Positions 20,992 through 32,019 of a stretch of DNA of 64,000 nucleotides are shown piece after piece. The notes below the pieces were generated by a model that saw only the letters and a program-made list of their open reading frames with translations, searched no databases and had not been told where the DNA came from. The stretch lies in contig JBDRFZ010000030.1 of NCBI GenBank assembly GCA_043818395.1, positions 10,704-74,703 of the forward strand, written 5' to 3'. Within the stretch, counting starts at the first letter, position 1; each line of letters opens with the position of its first letter. The translations under genes and the position numbers were made by a program. Source of the DNA: Patescibacteria group bacterium (GTDB lineage: Bacteria > Patescibacteriota > Patescibacteriia > 2-12-FULL-60-25).

Positions 20992-21021
20992 ATCCCCGAC
21001 CTGCCAAGGCCGGGGATTTTC
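20992..21021 (+). terminator. terminator after efp
   Basis: ATCCCCG ... CGGGGAT hairpin followed by TTTT. Confidence 0.6.
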
Positions 21022-21072
21022 GTTGCTTATCGTTCACCGTTTATAGCTCACCGTTCATCGTTCACTATTATC

Positions 21073-22464
21073 TCACGGTGCCGCGTTCAGCGTATTTGAT
21101 TTTTCATACTTGCCGCCCACGTAGGTGAAAGCGGTTAAGTCTGTGGGTTTTGAAATTTGCAGGGTAAGCGAACAATCCGCTTCGCATATGGCTAAAGCAC
21201 TATCCTCGATCGTTGTACCTTCGACGAGTGAGGTTAATCCTATCATTTCACCAGTCGGTGGTTTAATCGAGATTTCAATCTGACTGGGTGTTGGTTTTGA
21301 GATTAGGGTGATTGTCGGTTTTGGTGTTTCACCGGTAGTCGTAATTTGAACCGGAACCGATTGATAGGTTTGTCCATTCGCATCTACTTGCGAGAATAAA
21401 TAAGTCTGCCTATAGAATGGAGTTTTGTCAGTGCAGGATGTTGATGCTCCGCAATCTTTCCAAAGCACCGGATATTTTTCACCTGGAATAAGTGCGTAAA
21501 TTCTGTGGCTCGTGATCGTTTGGATCATTGAAGCATCGGAGGTCATTTGAACAGAACTGCCTGTCACGACAGATGACAGCGTTATTTGCATTTGCACCAG
21601 ATTCGAAGATTGCGAAACTGTAAGCAGCGGTCTGTTTTCAACCGGTACGTTTAGAACGTTTCCTTGATCATCCATTGCTTCGGCGTAAAATTTTCTTTGC
21701 TGTGGAGAATTTTGAACCATGAATTGATATTCGCATGTTATAGTGTTCAGACAGGTAGCAAGCGCCGTTGATGTATCTTCTGAATAAATGGTAATTTTTG
21801 TTATCGGCGAAACATTATCAGTAACGCTAGCATAGACGTAAACGGTTTGGTTCATCACGGCTTGGTTTGAACTTAAAGAAACGGAAATTTTAGGTATGGC
21901 CGTAGTTTGGATTGGTTGAGGTAGTGATGATGGCGTAAAAGCAGCCGGCCGGATGTTATCACTCGGTTTTCCAGCTAAAGCCTTTTCTTCGTTTGCGTTG
22001 AATTGGTTAGCGGCTACTAAATCCGCGTCCACGATATAGTTCGTGAAAAATTCATCAGGGACATCCATTATTTTTTGATTCCATTTTTCTCCGTAAAATG
22101 ATTTCGCTAAATCCTCGTTCATTACCCAGTGTAGGACGCCGTATCGGGATATAGCATAAACTTTCGGGTCGGTCGTTATTTTTACGAGCGTTGAACCGGG
22201 ACGATAAGTGATGTTGCCGGCCAAGGGGAGCGAGGCGAGTTCGGCATCGCTGATTTGTTTAACATCGGAAAAATTATCGTACCAGTTGAAAAATATTTTT
22301 TCGCTCGGGAAGGCGTAGCGTTTATCTGAATTGACGTAATAAACCGCCGAGCTTGAAGCGTTTTTTACGAGCGTATTGTCGAGGGTGTAAGCGTTAGTGG
22401 ATAATGGCGCAATTCCGGCTAAGATGGAAAAGATTAGAGCTGAACAAATATTAAAATGTTTCAT
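21073..22464 (-). CDS. secreted hypothetical protein
   Basis: Signal peptide (ALIFSILAGIAPLSTNA). 463 aa, Thr/Ser/Val-rich with beta-type repeats. No motif recognised. Confidence 0.55.
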   Translation of the reverse strand: MKHFNICSALIFSILAGIAPLSTNAYTLDNTLVKNASSSAVYYVNSDKRYAFPSEKIFFNWYDNFSDVKQISDAELASLPLAGNITYRPGSTLVKITTDPKVYAISRYGVLHWVMNEDLAKSFYGEKWNQKIMDVPDEFFTNYIVDADLVAANQFNANEEKALAGKPSDNIRPAAFTPSSLPQPIQTTAIPKISVSLSSNQAVMNQTVYVYASVTDNVSPITKITIYSEDTSTALATCLNTITCEYQFMVQNSPQQRKFYAEAMDDQGNVLNVPVENRPLLTVSQSSNLVQMQITLSSVVTGSSVQMTSDASMIQTITSHRIYALIPGEKYPVLWKDCGASTSCTDKTPFYRQTYLFSQVDANGQTYQSVPVQITTTGETPKPTITLISKPTPSQIEISIKPPTGEMIGLTSLVEGTTIEDSALAICEADCSLTLQISKPTDLTAFTYVGGKYEKSNTLNAAP

Positions 22465-22556
22465 AGTTACTAAAATATACTCGTTTACCGTCTATAAGTG
22501 AAGTGCACTTCAGTAAAACACAAAGGCAGCCCAGAGAGGGCTGCCAAGAACATGAT

Positions 22557-23012
22557 TCAAGAAACGTTCCGTTTCTTTTTTTGTTTTGTCGGCTTGAGAT
22601 ATCTTATGAAACTTCGTGATTTACCGTCGTCCAAAGAACGATTGCATTTTGTTTGCAGATAACCGACCCGCTTTAAACCCATGTCCAGTCCTCGTTCCAT
22701 TAATTTTTGGATCAGGGACACGTCGATTTCATAGTCTGCGTACTGCGGGTCGATAAAAACATGTTCTATCAATCCGGTGCACCGCGTAAGTGTTTCGACG
22801 ATTGAAAGGCAGGCCAGACCCACGATCGGATGACGGCCGTTTACCGAGGCGTCTCGCGCGATGAGTACGCAATTACGGCGCGATACTCTTAAAAAAAAAT
22901 CTAACGGGAATTGATTCACTGCTTCTTCGGAAGTAGAAATCATATTTATGATTTCCGCCACGTCTTCCGAGGTTATGACCCCTTCATCCCATAGAAATGC
23001 GTATTCAATCAT
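22557..23012 (-). CDS. possible GNAT-fold acetyltransferase
   Basis: 151 aa. The segment IVGLACLSIVE ... GLIEHVFIDPQY ... GLDMGLKRV has the spacing of GNAT motifs A and B, but the match is weak. A hairpin terminator lies at about 22524-22546. Confidence 0.35.
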   Translation of the reverse strand: MIEYAFLWDEGVITSEDVAEIINMISTSEEAVNQFPLDFFLRVSRRNCVLIARDASVNGRHPIVGLACLSIVETLTRCTGLIEHVFIDPQYADYEIDVSLIQKLMERGLDMGLKRVGYLQTKCNRSLDDGKSRSFIRYLKPTKQKKKRNVS

Positions 23013-23109
23013 GGCCGCCTCCCCATTTACCAGAAGTTTATTAGTTAAAGTTCTAATACAATAGAGCTCCCGTTGTTAAGAAAATACAAGCGCGTCACTT
23101 GTTTTTATG

Positions 23110-24009
23110 TTAAATATGCTTTATTGCCTCGTCGATCATTGCTCCGGCGACATCGCGGCCGGTGACCTGCTCTAAAACTTCAAAACCGGGATTTGCATTT
23201 ACTTCGATGACCAAGGGGCCACGCTTGGAACGTAAAATATCGATGCCGATAACGTCCAATTCAAAAGCTTCGGCTGTTTTGATCGCTAATTCGGTTTCCT
23301 CTTTAGTTAATTCAACCAACCCACCGTTACCACCGAGCGCCGCATTTGATCGAATATCGTGTTCCCGCGATGTTCTTTCCATAGCCGCGACGATTTTGCC
23401 ACCGATTAAATAGACGCGCACATCTTTTTTGTCGGCTTCGGCAATAAATTCCTCGATGATGATCGGATTTTTATCGCGTACGTTTAGGTAGTCAACCAGG
23501 GGCATGAATGTTTCCAGGCTATTCGCAAAAAATGTTCCTATGCCGTGAGTACCGAAGGCGACTTTAATAATCACCGGGAATCCTAGGTTTAAAGCGGCTA
23601 TTGATGCGATTTTAGGATCATTTACCATGGCCCATTTCGGTGAAGGAATATTTTTTTCAATAAATTTGTGATGTTGCAGGAGTTTGTTTTTAGCCACGGA
23701 AACAGCCCGGTGATTGCCGTTTAAAATATAAACCCCCAAAGTCTTTAAAAGGTTAATAGTATGGGCATGGAGCCCTGGTTCGCAGATGAAGTTTGGGCGA
23801 TTAATAATAACTTCCAACTTGAACAGTGGTTCGCCGTCGTGTGAGATTTTTAAATTTTTGCCATCGTAAGAAAAATATAACAGCGGTTCGCAGATGCGGA
23901 TTATTTTATAACCGCGTTCTAAACCAGCTTGCTCCAATCTTTCTATATTGGTATAGGCTGAATTTTTTGAATTCGTTGCCATCAATACGCCGATATTCAG
24001 AGGTTCCAT
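23110..24009 (-). CDS. rimK: RimK-family ATP-grasp alpha-L-glutamate ligase
   Basis: FPVIIKVAFGTHGIG, DVRVYLIGGKIVAAMER and GIDILRSKRGPLVIEVNANPGF are typical of the RimK/ATP-grasp family. Confidence 0.75.
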   Translation of the reverse strand: MEPLNIGVLMATNSKNSAYTNIERLEQAGLERGYKIIRICEPLLYFSYDGKNLKISHDGEPLFKLEVIINRPNFICEPGLHAHTINLLKTLGVYILNGNHRAVSVAKNKLLQHHKFIEKNIPSPKWAMVNDPKIASIAALNLGFPVIIKVAFGTHGIGTFFANSLETFMPLVDYLNVRDKNPIIIEEFIAEADKKDVRVYLIGGKIVAAMERTSREHDIRSNAALGGNGGLVELTKEETELAIKTAEAFELDVIGIDILRSKRGPLVIEVNANPGFEVLEQVTGRDVAGAMIDEAIKHI

Positions 24010-24063
24010 AGTTTATAAATCCTCTTTGCATGTTTAAGATGAAAATTTAATATCCCGTACATT

Positions 24064-24150
24064 TGGTGCCGCGGGAGAGACTCGAACTCTCAACCTCTTG
24101 CGAGGACTGGCTTCTAAGGCCAGCGCGTATACCAGTTCCGCCACCGCGGC
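24064..24150 (-). tRNA. tRNA-Leu (anticodon UAG), type II with long variable arm, CCA encoded
   Basis: The reverse complement folds with a 7-bp acceptor stem (GCCGCGG/CCGCGGC), an anticodon arm CTGGC-CTTAGAA-GCCAG, a variable arm TCCTCGCAAGAGG, a T arm GAGAG-TTCGAGT-CTCTC and a terminal ACCA. Confidence 0.9.
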
Positions 24151-24194
24151 ATCAGTTATACGGGATAAGTATTACTACCTTATTTATCAAAATT

Positions 24195-25313
24195 TTAAAA
24201 GACGTCTGGTAATTTTACACCAACAATAGCGCCGTCGTCTTCCTGTTTGTATTTATTTCTGCGAAAACCGGCATGGATGCGTAGATTATTTAAACGTTCT
24301 GTAAGAGTATAGCCATCCGTCATGTCTTCGATGAATGTTTTGAGATCGAGCTGTTCGGTAGTCATGTCTTCAGGTGTGGGTATGTAATCGATTTCTTTTT
24401 CGTATTTATCAATTACACCGTCAGTACAAAAAATTATCAGATCACCCGGTTTGAGTTTGCGAATGGTTAATCGCGGGTCAAGTCTTGGTGCGAAGACCTC
24501 GGATTCCAAACCTAGCGGTCTGGACATGCTGTAACTTAGATCAAAATAACTGGCTTCTTTTTCTATTTTTGATAAATAATATCGTCTTGCCGGATCAAGC
24601 TTCATTTTATAGAGCATGGGCAGATCAATTATCTCTTTTTTTTAAGCATCGGCAAGTTCAGAATCATCCGAAGTAGCCTGCTCAAGATTTTCATCTGCAT
24701 GCAAGATAAATGCACCACTGTCACCGACATTTGCCGTTACTAAATAGCGGGTACCGTCCTTGGTTGTATGAATGAACCCGGCGCAAGCCGTGGTCATTCC
24801 CTGAACGTCGCTTGCGGCTTGATCAGCCCAATGGAATAAAGACAGAAGAGCGTTGGCCTTTATCGTCATCTCCTTTTCCGTAGCTAGGATTTTTTTGGCA
24901 TTCTTTTCTGAAAAAGTCGCATCTAAATGTTTAGCTACGTTTTCGTTGTCGTCCTCCACTGACGCACGTGCTATATCCCAATTAGCAGCTAACACACGAG
25001 CAGCGATATGGCTTGCTTCCGCTGGATTATTTCCTCCTCCTAAACCATCAAAAACGCCGAAGATGCCAGAAGCTGGATCAGCTATAACATTATCCTGATT
25101 TTTATTTTCTGTTTTTCTGTTTTCTCTTTTCTTCTCCAAAGTTACAGCAACTTTCATGTCGCCGAAGCCGTCAATTTCTATGGCGGTGACTATATCAGGT
25201 GATTGGTAGTCAATAGATGCTCGTCGGGTTTCTGGTTTAAATTCCGTTGCTTTAATTTCTGGCGTTGTGTCCTTTTTGACTATTTTTTCCGATTTAAATG
25301 GGTTGTTTTCCAT
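24195..25313 (-). pseudogene. PP2C-family Ser/Thr phosphatase interrupted by one in-frame TAA
   Basis: ORFs 24642..25313 (GVFDGLGGG, ANVGDSGA motifs) and 24195..24617 (LIIFCTDGVID motif) are in the same frame. They are separated only by the TAA at complement(24642..24644) plus 8 sense codons, so the PP2C domain is split across the stop. Confidence 0.6.
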
Positions 25314-25418
25314 ATATTCACTATATCATGCGATGTCTTGTTATCGGAGATCGTGAATAGTGACCAAAAAATTTAGATATAAGTGGATATCTGTGCTTTG
25401 ACAGCTTTGAGAGCGGAC

Positions 25419-25447
25419 TTGACAAGTATTTTTTAAGAGATTAATAT
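25419..25447 (+). promoter_or_regulatory. consensus-like promoter of the 23S-5S operon
   Basis: TTGACA (25419-25424), a 17-nt spacer, then TAATAT (25442-25447). Confidence 0.55.
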
Positions 25448-27134
25448 ACCGACACTTAAATACACCATGTCCCTAAATATTTTGGGACCTCTGGGGACCC
25501 TCCACGCTAAAGCATCATGTTAACCATTACACCCGGCTGAGCACAGGACCCTCCAGAGACAGGGAGTCGTCGCTTGGCCAAGAGCCAGGTTTTTTTGTCA
25601 AAAAAAGAGGTAGATGATGATGAGGATCTTAAATGGATTTTCATCAGCGTCTGTCTCACCTGACCCGCACCGAATGTACAGGGGAGTAGCAGACCGGACC
25701 TCGACAATAAAATTGTTACGATGATGATAGAAAGTCATACGTACAAGGCATAAGAACCATATTCGCGATCAACAAGAGTTCCGATCGCGAATGCAATTGA
25801 TAGTAAAGTACACCTTAAAAAAAAATTAAACGAACCGTCCGGTTTTACCCCGCGATTTCCTCATTCGAATCGTGGTTCCGGATGGTCGAAGCACGAAAGG
25901 GCGTACGGTGGATGGCTAGGCAGTAAGAAGCTGATGAAGGACGTGGCAGCCTGCGAAAAGTCTCGGGGAGGTGGCAAGCAACCTGTGATCCGGGAATGTC
26001 CGAATGGGGCAACCCAAGTCGATGAAGTCGACTTACCCGTAACTGAATACATAGGTTATGTGGAAGGCACCTGGGGAAGTGAAACATCTCAGTACCCAGA
26101 GGAAAAGAAAAAAAGGAAATTCCAGCCCTAATTTCTGGTCGAGTCTCCGATCTTTGATCGGATGTGCTCGCAGAAATTAGAGCTGGATAATATTCCGTGA
26201 GTAGTGGCGAACGAAAGCGGATCAGTCTAAATCGTTTATGTGAGCTTTTACACCGAGTTGGACGCAAGTTTGACCGCGGGTAGGAGTGAAGGGCTTGGGC
26301 CGTCGCATATTCGAAGTTGTGGGCGGAAGCGTCGATTCCCCAAGGGATCGGCGCGTAATCGGAAAAAGATAATCGAATTCGCTGGAAAGCGGAACCAAAG
26401 ACGGTGATAGTCCGGTAGGTGAAATTTTTTTCCATGCGCGTGTTTCCGCACCAAAGTACTATGGGGCTCGAGAAACCCTGTAGGAAGCAGCCGCGACGAT
26501 GCGGCAAGACTAAATACTTCTTCTGACCGATAGTGAACAAGTACAGTGATGGAAAGCTGAAAAGCAGCCCGGGAGGGCGATGAAATAGTATCTGAAACCG
26601 TACGCTTACAAGGAGGTGGAGCCGAGCTTTGCTCGGTCACACCGTTCCTATTGAAGAATGAGCCGACGAGTGAGCTCTACGTTGCTTTGGGTTAAGTTCT
26701 TGCGGGAACGGAGCCATAGTGAAAGCGAGCCTTAATAGGGCGTTTTTGTAGCGTAGACTCGACCCGAAACCCGGCGATCTAGCCATGACCAGGATGAAGT
26801 CCCGTTAGTTCGGGATGGAGGTCCGAACCCACGAGCCGTGCAACACTCGGGGATGAGTTGTGGCTAGCGGAGAAATTCCAATCGAGCTGGGTGATAGCTG
26901 GTTCTCCCTGAAATAGATTTTGGTCTAGCGTTGATTAATAGCGTTGCGGGGGTAGAGCACTGAATGGGGGGCGGGGCGCAAGCTTACGTCTCCTAACCAA
27001 ACTCCGAATACCGTAACGTGTTCCCAACAGTAAGACGATGGGGGCTAAGCTCCATCCGTCAAAAGGGAAACAGCCCTTGATCGCAGACTAAGGTCCCTAA
27101 TTATGTACTAAGTGTGAAAGGTGGTGGGTCGGCT

Positions 27135-27172
<38 letters not shown>

Positions 27173-28028
27173 TAAAGAAAGCGTAACAGCTCACTGGTCA
27201 AGCTGACCTGCACCGAAAACTTACCGGGGCTCAAGTACATAACCGAAGTCGCGAATGTTTTCCGGTTTTTAACCGGAGGGCGTGGTAAGGGAGCATTCGT
27301 AACTGCGCTGAAGCGAAAGGCGTGAGCCATCGTGGAGCGTTGCGAAGAGAGAATGTCGGCATAAGTAGCAAAAAGACAGGTTAAAATCCTGTCCACCGTA
27401 AACCCAAGGTTTCCAGGGCAACGAGAATCGTCCCTGGGTTAGCCGGTCCTAAGGCCAGGCCGAAAGGCGTAACCGATGGATAGCAGGTGAATATTCCTGC
27501 GCTGCCTATAGGTTTCAATGGAGTGACGTGTTCTTGCATTTTTCGAGAATCCCGGAATGATTCTTCGGGCACGAAGGGGCGTGGTATAGGCAAATCCGTA
27601 CCGCATAAACCTCGTTGTGTACGCTAGTCTGCCGCGAGGCGGGCAAGGAAAGAGAATGGGGCACCAAGAAAACCTTCTAGAGTTAACCTGTAGGCATCCG
27701 TACCGTAAACCGACACAGGTGGGTGGGCATAAGTGTGCCAAGGTGTACGAGAGAACCCGTGTGTAGGAACTCGGCAATACAACGGCCGTAACTTCGGGAT
27801 AAGGCCTGCCCAGCTCAGCTGGGCTACAACAAAAGACGCAAACCGACTGTTTACCAAAAACACAGCTCCCTGCTAAACCGTAAGGTGATGTATAGGGAGT
27901 GATGCCTGGCCAGTGTCAGAACGTTAAGAGGAGGGGTCATACCGCAAGGTGGCAGCCCTGAATCCAAGCGCTGATGAACGCCGGCGATAACTATAATCGT
28001 CCTAAGGTAGCGAAATTCCTTGTCGGGT

Positions 28029-28787
28029 GAACAAAGTGTTCCACAAGAAGTGGTCGGACCCTGTAAAAATTACAGGATTAACACTCGCCCGAATCCTGCC
28101 GCGAGGCGGGATAAGCAAACTGACTCATAACGGTGAATCCCACATTCCGACGGACATCGGAACGGGAAATACCGTGGGAACTCTGTATAATACAAAATAT
28201 TATGAAGAGACCCGTAACGACTGACCCGAAAGGGGAGAGCCGATGGACATCGGCTAACACGTCAGCTCTTGTAAGAAAAAAACAATCCAGGGAGACGGCA
28301 TCTTATATAACAGGATTCGTAGATGGCGAAGGAAGTTTCTTGGTTTCGTTTAATCGGCGATCTGGGCTCAAGACGGGCATCGAAGTCCGTCCGAGTTTCA
28401 GTCTAAGCCAACATAAACGCAATCTAAGTATCCTTCAGTCAATAAAAAATTTTTTCAGATGCGGAGGCATTCGTTTTGATCGGCATGATCAGACTTATAA
28501 ATACGAGGTCAGAAGCCTCGGTGATTTATGGAATAAGATCATACCGCATTTCAAGACGATTCCTCTTAAGACATCAAAAGCAAAGGATTTTGAACTTTTC
28601 AAAGAGGTCTGTTCACTCATGCGAGCGAACAGGCATCGTTCAAAAGCCGGTCTTGAAAAAATATTGCGAATTGCCTATTCAATGAATAATATAGGCGCCA
28701 GAAAATATAAGTTGTCAGATCTCCTAAAGATCGTTACAAGATGAAAGTATAGTCTGAACTCTGATGAAAATCAGAGATAACAAATGG
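28029..28787 (+). mobile_element. 23S intervening sequence 1 (intron-like, about 760 nt) carrying a LAGLIDADG ORF
   Basis: The conserved exon sequence CTTGTCGGGT stops at 28028 and resumes as AGTTCCGACCCGCACGAATGG at about 28788. By recalled E. coli numbering this is roughly position 1930. Junctions are accurate to about 2 nt. Confidence 0.75.
28202..28744 (+). CDS. single-motif LAGLIDADG homing endonuclease
   Basis: YITGFVDGEGSFLVSF motif. About 180 aa from MKRPVTTD, although the listed ORF allows an earlier start at 28133. Lies inside the 23S insertion. Confidence 0.85.
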   Translation: MKRPVTTDPKGESRWTSANTSALVRKKQSRETASYITGFVDGEGSFLVSFNRRSGLKTGIEVRPSFSLSQHKRNLSILQSIKNFFRCGGIRFDRHDQTYKYEVRSLGDLWNKIIPHFKTIPLKTSKAKDFELFKEVCSLMRANRHRSKAGLEKILRIAYSMNNIGARKYKLSDLLKIVTR

Positions 28788-29303
28788 AGTTCCGACCCGC
28801 ACGAATGGCATAACGAGTTTGCGACTGTCTCCACATGGGACTCGGTGAAATTGCAAGTGGGGTGAAGATGCCCTGTACGCGTAGTCAGACGAAAAGACCC
28901 CGTGAAGCTTTACTACAACTTGATATTGGGTCGCGGCTTTTCATGTTCAGAATAGGTGGGAGCCTTCGGGCAACAGTGAGATACCACCCTTGAACTGACG
29001 CGATTCTCGATCCCTATCCGTGAATCCGGATGGGGAGACAGTATCTGGTGGGTAGTTTAACTGGGGCGGTTGCCTCCTAAAAAGTAACGGAGGCGTTCAC
29101 AAAGGTCAGCTAGGCGCGGATGGAAATCGCGCTGATTCCGCAATGGGATAAGCTGGCTTAACTGCAAGACCAACAAGTCGAGCAGATGCGAAAGCAGGAC
29201 ATAGTGATCCGACCGTACGATATCGGACGGCGGAAGCTCAACGGATAAAAGCTACTCCGGGGATAACAGGCTGATCGCGCCCAAGCGTCCACAGCGACGG
29301 CGC

Positions 29304-29344
<41 letters not shown>

Positions 29345-29375
29345 TAGAAGCTCCCAAGGGTTTGGCTGTTCGCCA

Positions 29376-29419
<44 letters not shown>

Positions 29420-30186
29420 AAAGATCGTGCTGTCTATAAATTCGACTATATGCTGGAAACTCTGGTTTGACTTCCAATTAGGAGTTGGAGTCTAAAGAAT
29501 CTCATGCTACAGGTTATAATAAAAAAATTATGACACGTAAAAAAGCATTGAGTGCAGACAATCAGCAGGGAAGATTACATCATCGTCTTGAACCATGGTA
29601 TGTCAGTGGATTTATTGACGGCGAAGGCAGTTTTCATATCGCGATTTATCAAGATCAAATAATGAAAACTGGCTGGAAGGTTATTCCAGAATTTCATGTC
29701 TCGCAAAGAGTTTCGAGCCGGTGCGTCCTTGACGCACTTGTAAGATTCTTTAAATGCGGTTATGTGAAAATGAATCACCGATTGAATCCGAAAGATGTTA
29801 CCTATGTATATGTAGTAAGAGATCGAAAAGATTTAGCGACAAAAATCATGCCTTTTTTCCGCCGGTATAAGTTACAAACAGAGAAAAAAGAAGATTTTAA
29901 AAAGTTTTCTCAGATTATCGAGTTGATGTTAAATGAGCGTCATCGAACGTCTGTCGGACTAAAGCAGATCATAAAGATCGCATATTCTATGAATGGTTCC
30001 GGCCGTTATCGAAAACGACCAAAAAAGACGATTTTATAAAACCCTCAGAGACTATATGTCGAAAGCCGATATGCATCGGTTAAGATATAGTCCGAACTGC
30101 ATGGCGACATGCAGAGTCCGACGGAAACGTCGGATCGCCACGGAGCGAAATCAGATTATTGATGTGGTTTGCGAAGTAACAATGTG
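29420..30186 (+). mobile_element. 23S intervening sequence 2 (intron-like, 767 nt) carrying a LAGLIDADG ORF
   Basis: The exon GTCGTGAGACAGT ends at 29419 and resumes as TCGGTCTCCTGTCTAC at 30187. This lies within the peptidyl-transferase-centre strand, near E. coli position 2600 by recalled numbering. Confidence 0.8.
29530..30039 (+). CDS. single-motif LAGLIDADG homing endonuclease
   Basis: YVSGFIDGEGSFHIAI motif. About 169 aa from MTRKKALS. Lies inside the second 23S insertion. Confidence 0.85.
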   Translation: MTRKKALSADNQQGRLHHRLEPWYVSGFIDGEGSFHIAIYQDQIMKTGWKVIPEFHVSQRVSSRCVLDALVRFFKCGYVKMNHRLNPKDVTYVYVVRDRKDLATKIMPFFRRYKLQTEKKEDFKKFSQIIELMLNERHRTSVGLKQIIKIAYSMNGSGRYRKRPKKTIL

Positions 30187-30664
30187 TCGGTCTCCTGTCT
30201 ACTACGCGCGTGGAATATTGAGAGGGCAAATCTCTAGTACGAGAGGACCGAGATTTACGAACCTCTAGTGCACCAGCTGTCCCACCAGGGGCACCGTTGG
30301 GTAGCTACGTTCGGCGCGGATAAACGCTGAAAGCATATAAGCGTGAAGCCGTCCTCAAGATTAATATTCATTATGAGAGCCCTCCGAGACGAGGAGGTTG
30401 ATAGGCCGTATGTGTAAGACCTGCAAGGGTTTTAGCAGAGCGGTACTAATAGCTCCATGCTTCGACCATCCGGGATTACGATATCCAAAATCCGTAAAAT
30501 GATTTTGCGTATCACAATCCGGATATGGTTAGAAAAATTTTAAACGTGTACTTACATCAAGGTATGCCTTGTACGTACGACTTTCGATCATCAAAATGTG
30601 AAGCTTTTAACTTGCAGGTTACAGGCCTTATCCTTCGGCGATTATTCGTGATTTTTCATGGATA

Positions 30665-30785
30665 TCCGCCGGTGGCTTAAGCGGCAGTGTCACACCTGTT
30701 CCCTTTCCGAACACAGAAGTTAAGCCTGCTAGCAGCGATGGTACTTGGACCCAACCCGGTCCTGGAAGAGTAGCCCGTCGCCGGA
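30665..30785 (+). rRNA. rrf: 5S rRNA
   Basis: CCGAACACAGAAGTTAAGC and GATGGTACTTGG...CCTGGAAGAGTAG blocks. The terminal helix is TCCGCCGG pairing with TCGCCGGA. Confidence 0.9.
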
Positions 30786-30795
30786 CTAAACAGAT

Positions 30796-30825
30796 GCACA
30801 CCTTTAACGGGTGTGTTTTTGTTTT
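30796..30825 (+). terminator. rRNA operon terminator
   Basis: CACACC/GGTGTG hairpin followed by TTTTTGTTTT. Confidence 0.7.
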
Positions 30826-30917
30826 AATCAAAATTTGTTTTGATATTAGTTCGAATGTGTATATTTTTTTAAAAACTAAATCCCCGATGAGTATCGGGGA
30901 TAGGCGGAGATATTTTG

Positions 30918-31781
30918 TCACGGCTTTTCCGTATCTTCTGTTTCAAGTGTTGGGAAACGAAGTGTGAATGATGAACCCGAGCCGGGTTTTGAGATTACGG
31001 AGATTCGACCTCCTGCACATTCGACCAGGTTTTTAACAAAAGCTAGTCCAAGTCCATGACCATGTTCTTTGGTTGTGAAATAAGCATCGAAAATTTGAGG
31101 AAGATTTTCTGGCGTGATACCGCATCCGCTGTCAGAAATTAAGATTTCGATGAAACGCTGTGCATTTTCATATCTGCTGGATTTTGTGTCAATTTTCAGA
31201 CTGCCCTGATAGTTCATTGCCCAGAGGGCATTGTTTATCAGATTTTGTATGATGCGTGCGAACTGCTCTGGATCGATCTTTATATATACCGAGCTCTCTA
31301 TTGTAAGCTGCAGATCGATATCATGACCCGTGATACAGCTCATGGCAGTTGTTATCAGTATCTCGGAAATATCTATCCAAGTACTATGTTCTCCGATGGG
31401 TTTGCGCGCAAGTCGGTATAATTCAGTAGTTAATTCTTTGATTTTATCGCTAGCTCTCTCACATGTACGACGGCATCGTTCCCTATCTTCACTTTCGTTC
31501 AAAATATTTAACGGCATCAGCGCGTTATTAATATCATGCGCTATGCCCATAACCCTGGCCATTCTTTCTCGTAGTTCCGTTAGGATATTCGGTGGACATG
31601 TATCAGGGGTCACGACAACCGGGAATTTATTCTCCGGGACCGTAAGGTTTCCTGACTCAGGCATGGGTTTTGGCCTGATGCCGCTTAATGGTTTTAGCGT
31701 GCCGTCGCTTCGGGTTTGGCTGATAGGTCCGGTTACGTATTTTTTGGACATCTCCCTACCCCTCAATTCTTCAGGGTTCAT
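30918..31781 (-). CDS. soluble sensor histidine kinase (orphan, no adjacent response regulator)
   Basis: H-box IAHDINNAL, N-box NLINNALWAM, G1 DSGCGI and G2 GHGLGLAFV. No transmembrane segments. Confidence 0.8.
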   Translation of the reverse strand: MNPEELRGREMSKKYVTGPISQTRSDGTLKPLSGIRPKPMPESGNLTVPENKFPVVVTPDTCPPNILTELRERMARVMGIAHDINNALMPLNILNESEDRERCRRTCERASDKIKELTTELYRLARKPIGEHSTWIDISEILITTAMSCITGHDIDLQLTIESSVYIKIDPEQFARIIQNLINNALWAMNYQGSLKIDTKSSRYENAQRFIEILISDSGCGITPENLPQIFDAYFTTKEHGHGLGLAFVKNLVECAGGRISVISKPGSGSSFTLRFPTLETEDTEKP

Positions 31782-31984
31782 TTTTTAAGGTACAAGATTT
31801 CTATATGATAGCTTAGCGTTATTTTTAGGTCGAGTGGTTAAGTTGTTGAATATATCGTTTTTATCAAGTTTAGGTTATAAGCGATTTTTTTAGTCTTTAC
31901 ATACACATACATCAAAATATTAATAATTTTTATCTAATTTTAGCTTAATAGCTTAAATTTAGCTTAAAAATGTATATGTTACAC

Positions 31985-32013
31985 TTGACAAAAATTGAAA
32001 AGCATGCTATAGT
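31985..32013 (+). promoter_or_regulatory. near-consensus promoter pointing into the ORF-free left end of the GC-rich island
   Basis: TTGACA (31985-31990), a 17-nt spacer, then TATAGT (32008-32013). Confidence 0.5.
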
Positions 32014-32019
32014 GTTTGC

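Noticed and set aside
19481-21069. A 20-nt near-repeat, CTCACCG(C/T)TCATCGTTCA(T/C), present inside epmA (19481-19507) and in the gap after efp (21047-21069)
   Set aside because: The epmA copy does not create an insertion relative to the E. coli EpmA spacing I recall, and there is no associated structure or gene. It is noted as a curiosity without an interpretable function.
22557-24009. RimK-like ligase plus GNAT-like gene as an S6-tail modification system, linked to the unusually long acidic S6 C-terminus at 17970..18536
   Set aside because: S6 here ends in ...NAEKI rather than the Glu-Glu terminus that RimK extends in E. coli. The GNAT call is weak and the genes are 4 kb apart from rpsF. 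This is too speculative to list as a finding.
25454-25720. Possible embedded small RNA (SRP RNA, tRNA or 4.5S-like) in the first ~270 nt of the rRNA leader
   Set aside because: I could not find the SRP domain IV consensus (GGUCCGGAAGGAAGCAGCC-like) or a tRNA cloverleaf. Partial resemblances such as GGGGAGTAGCAGACC are too weak. The region is treated as ordinary leader.
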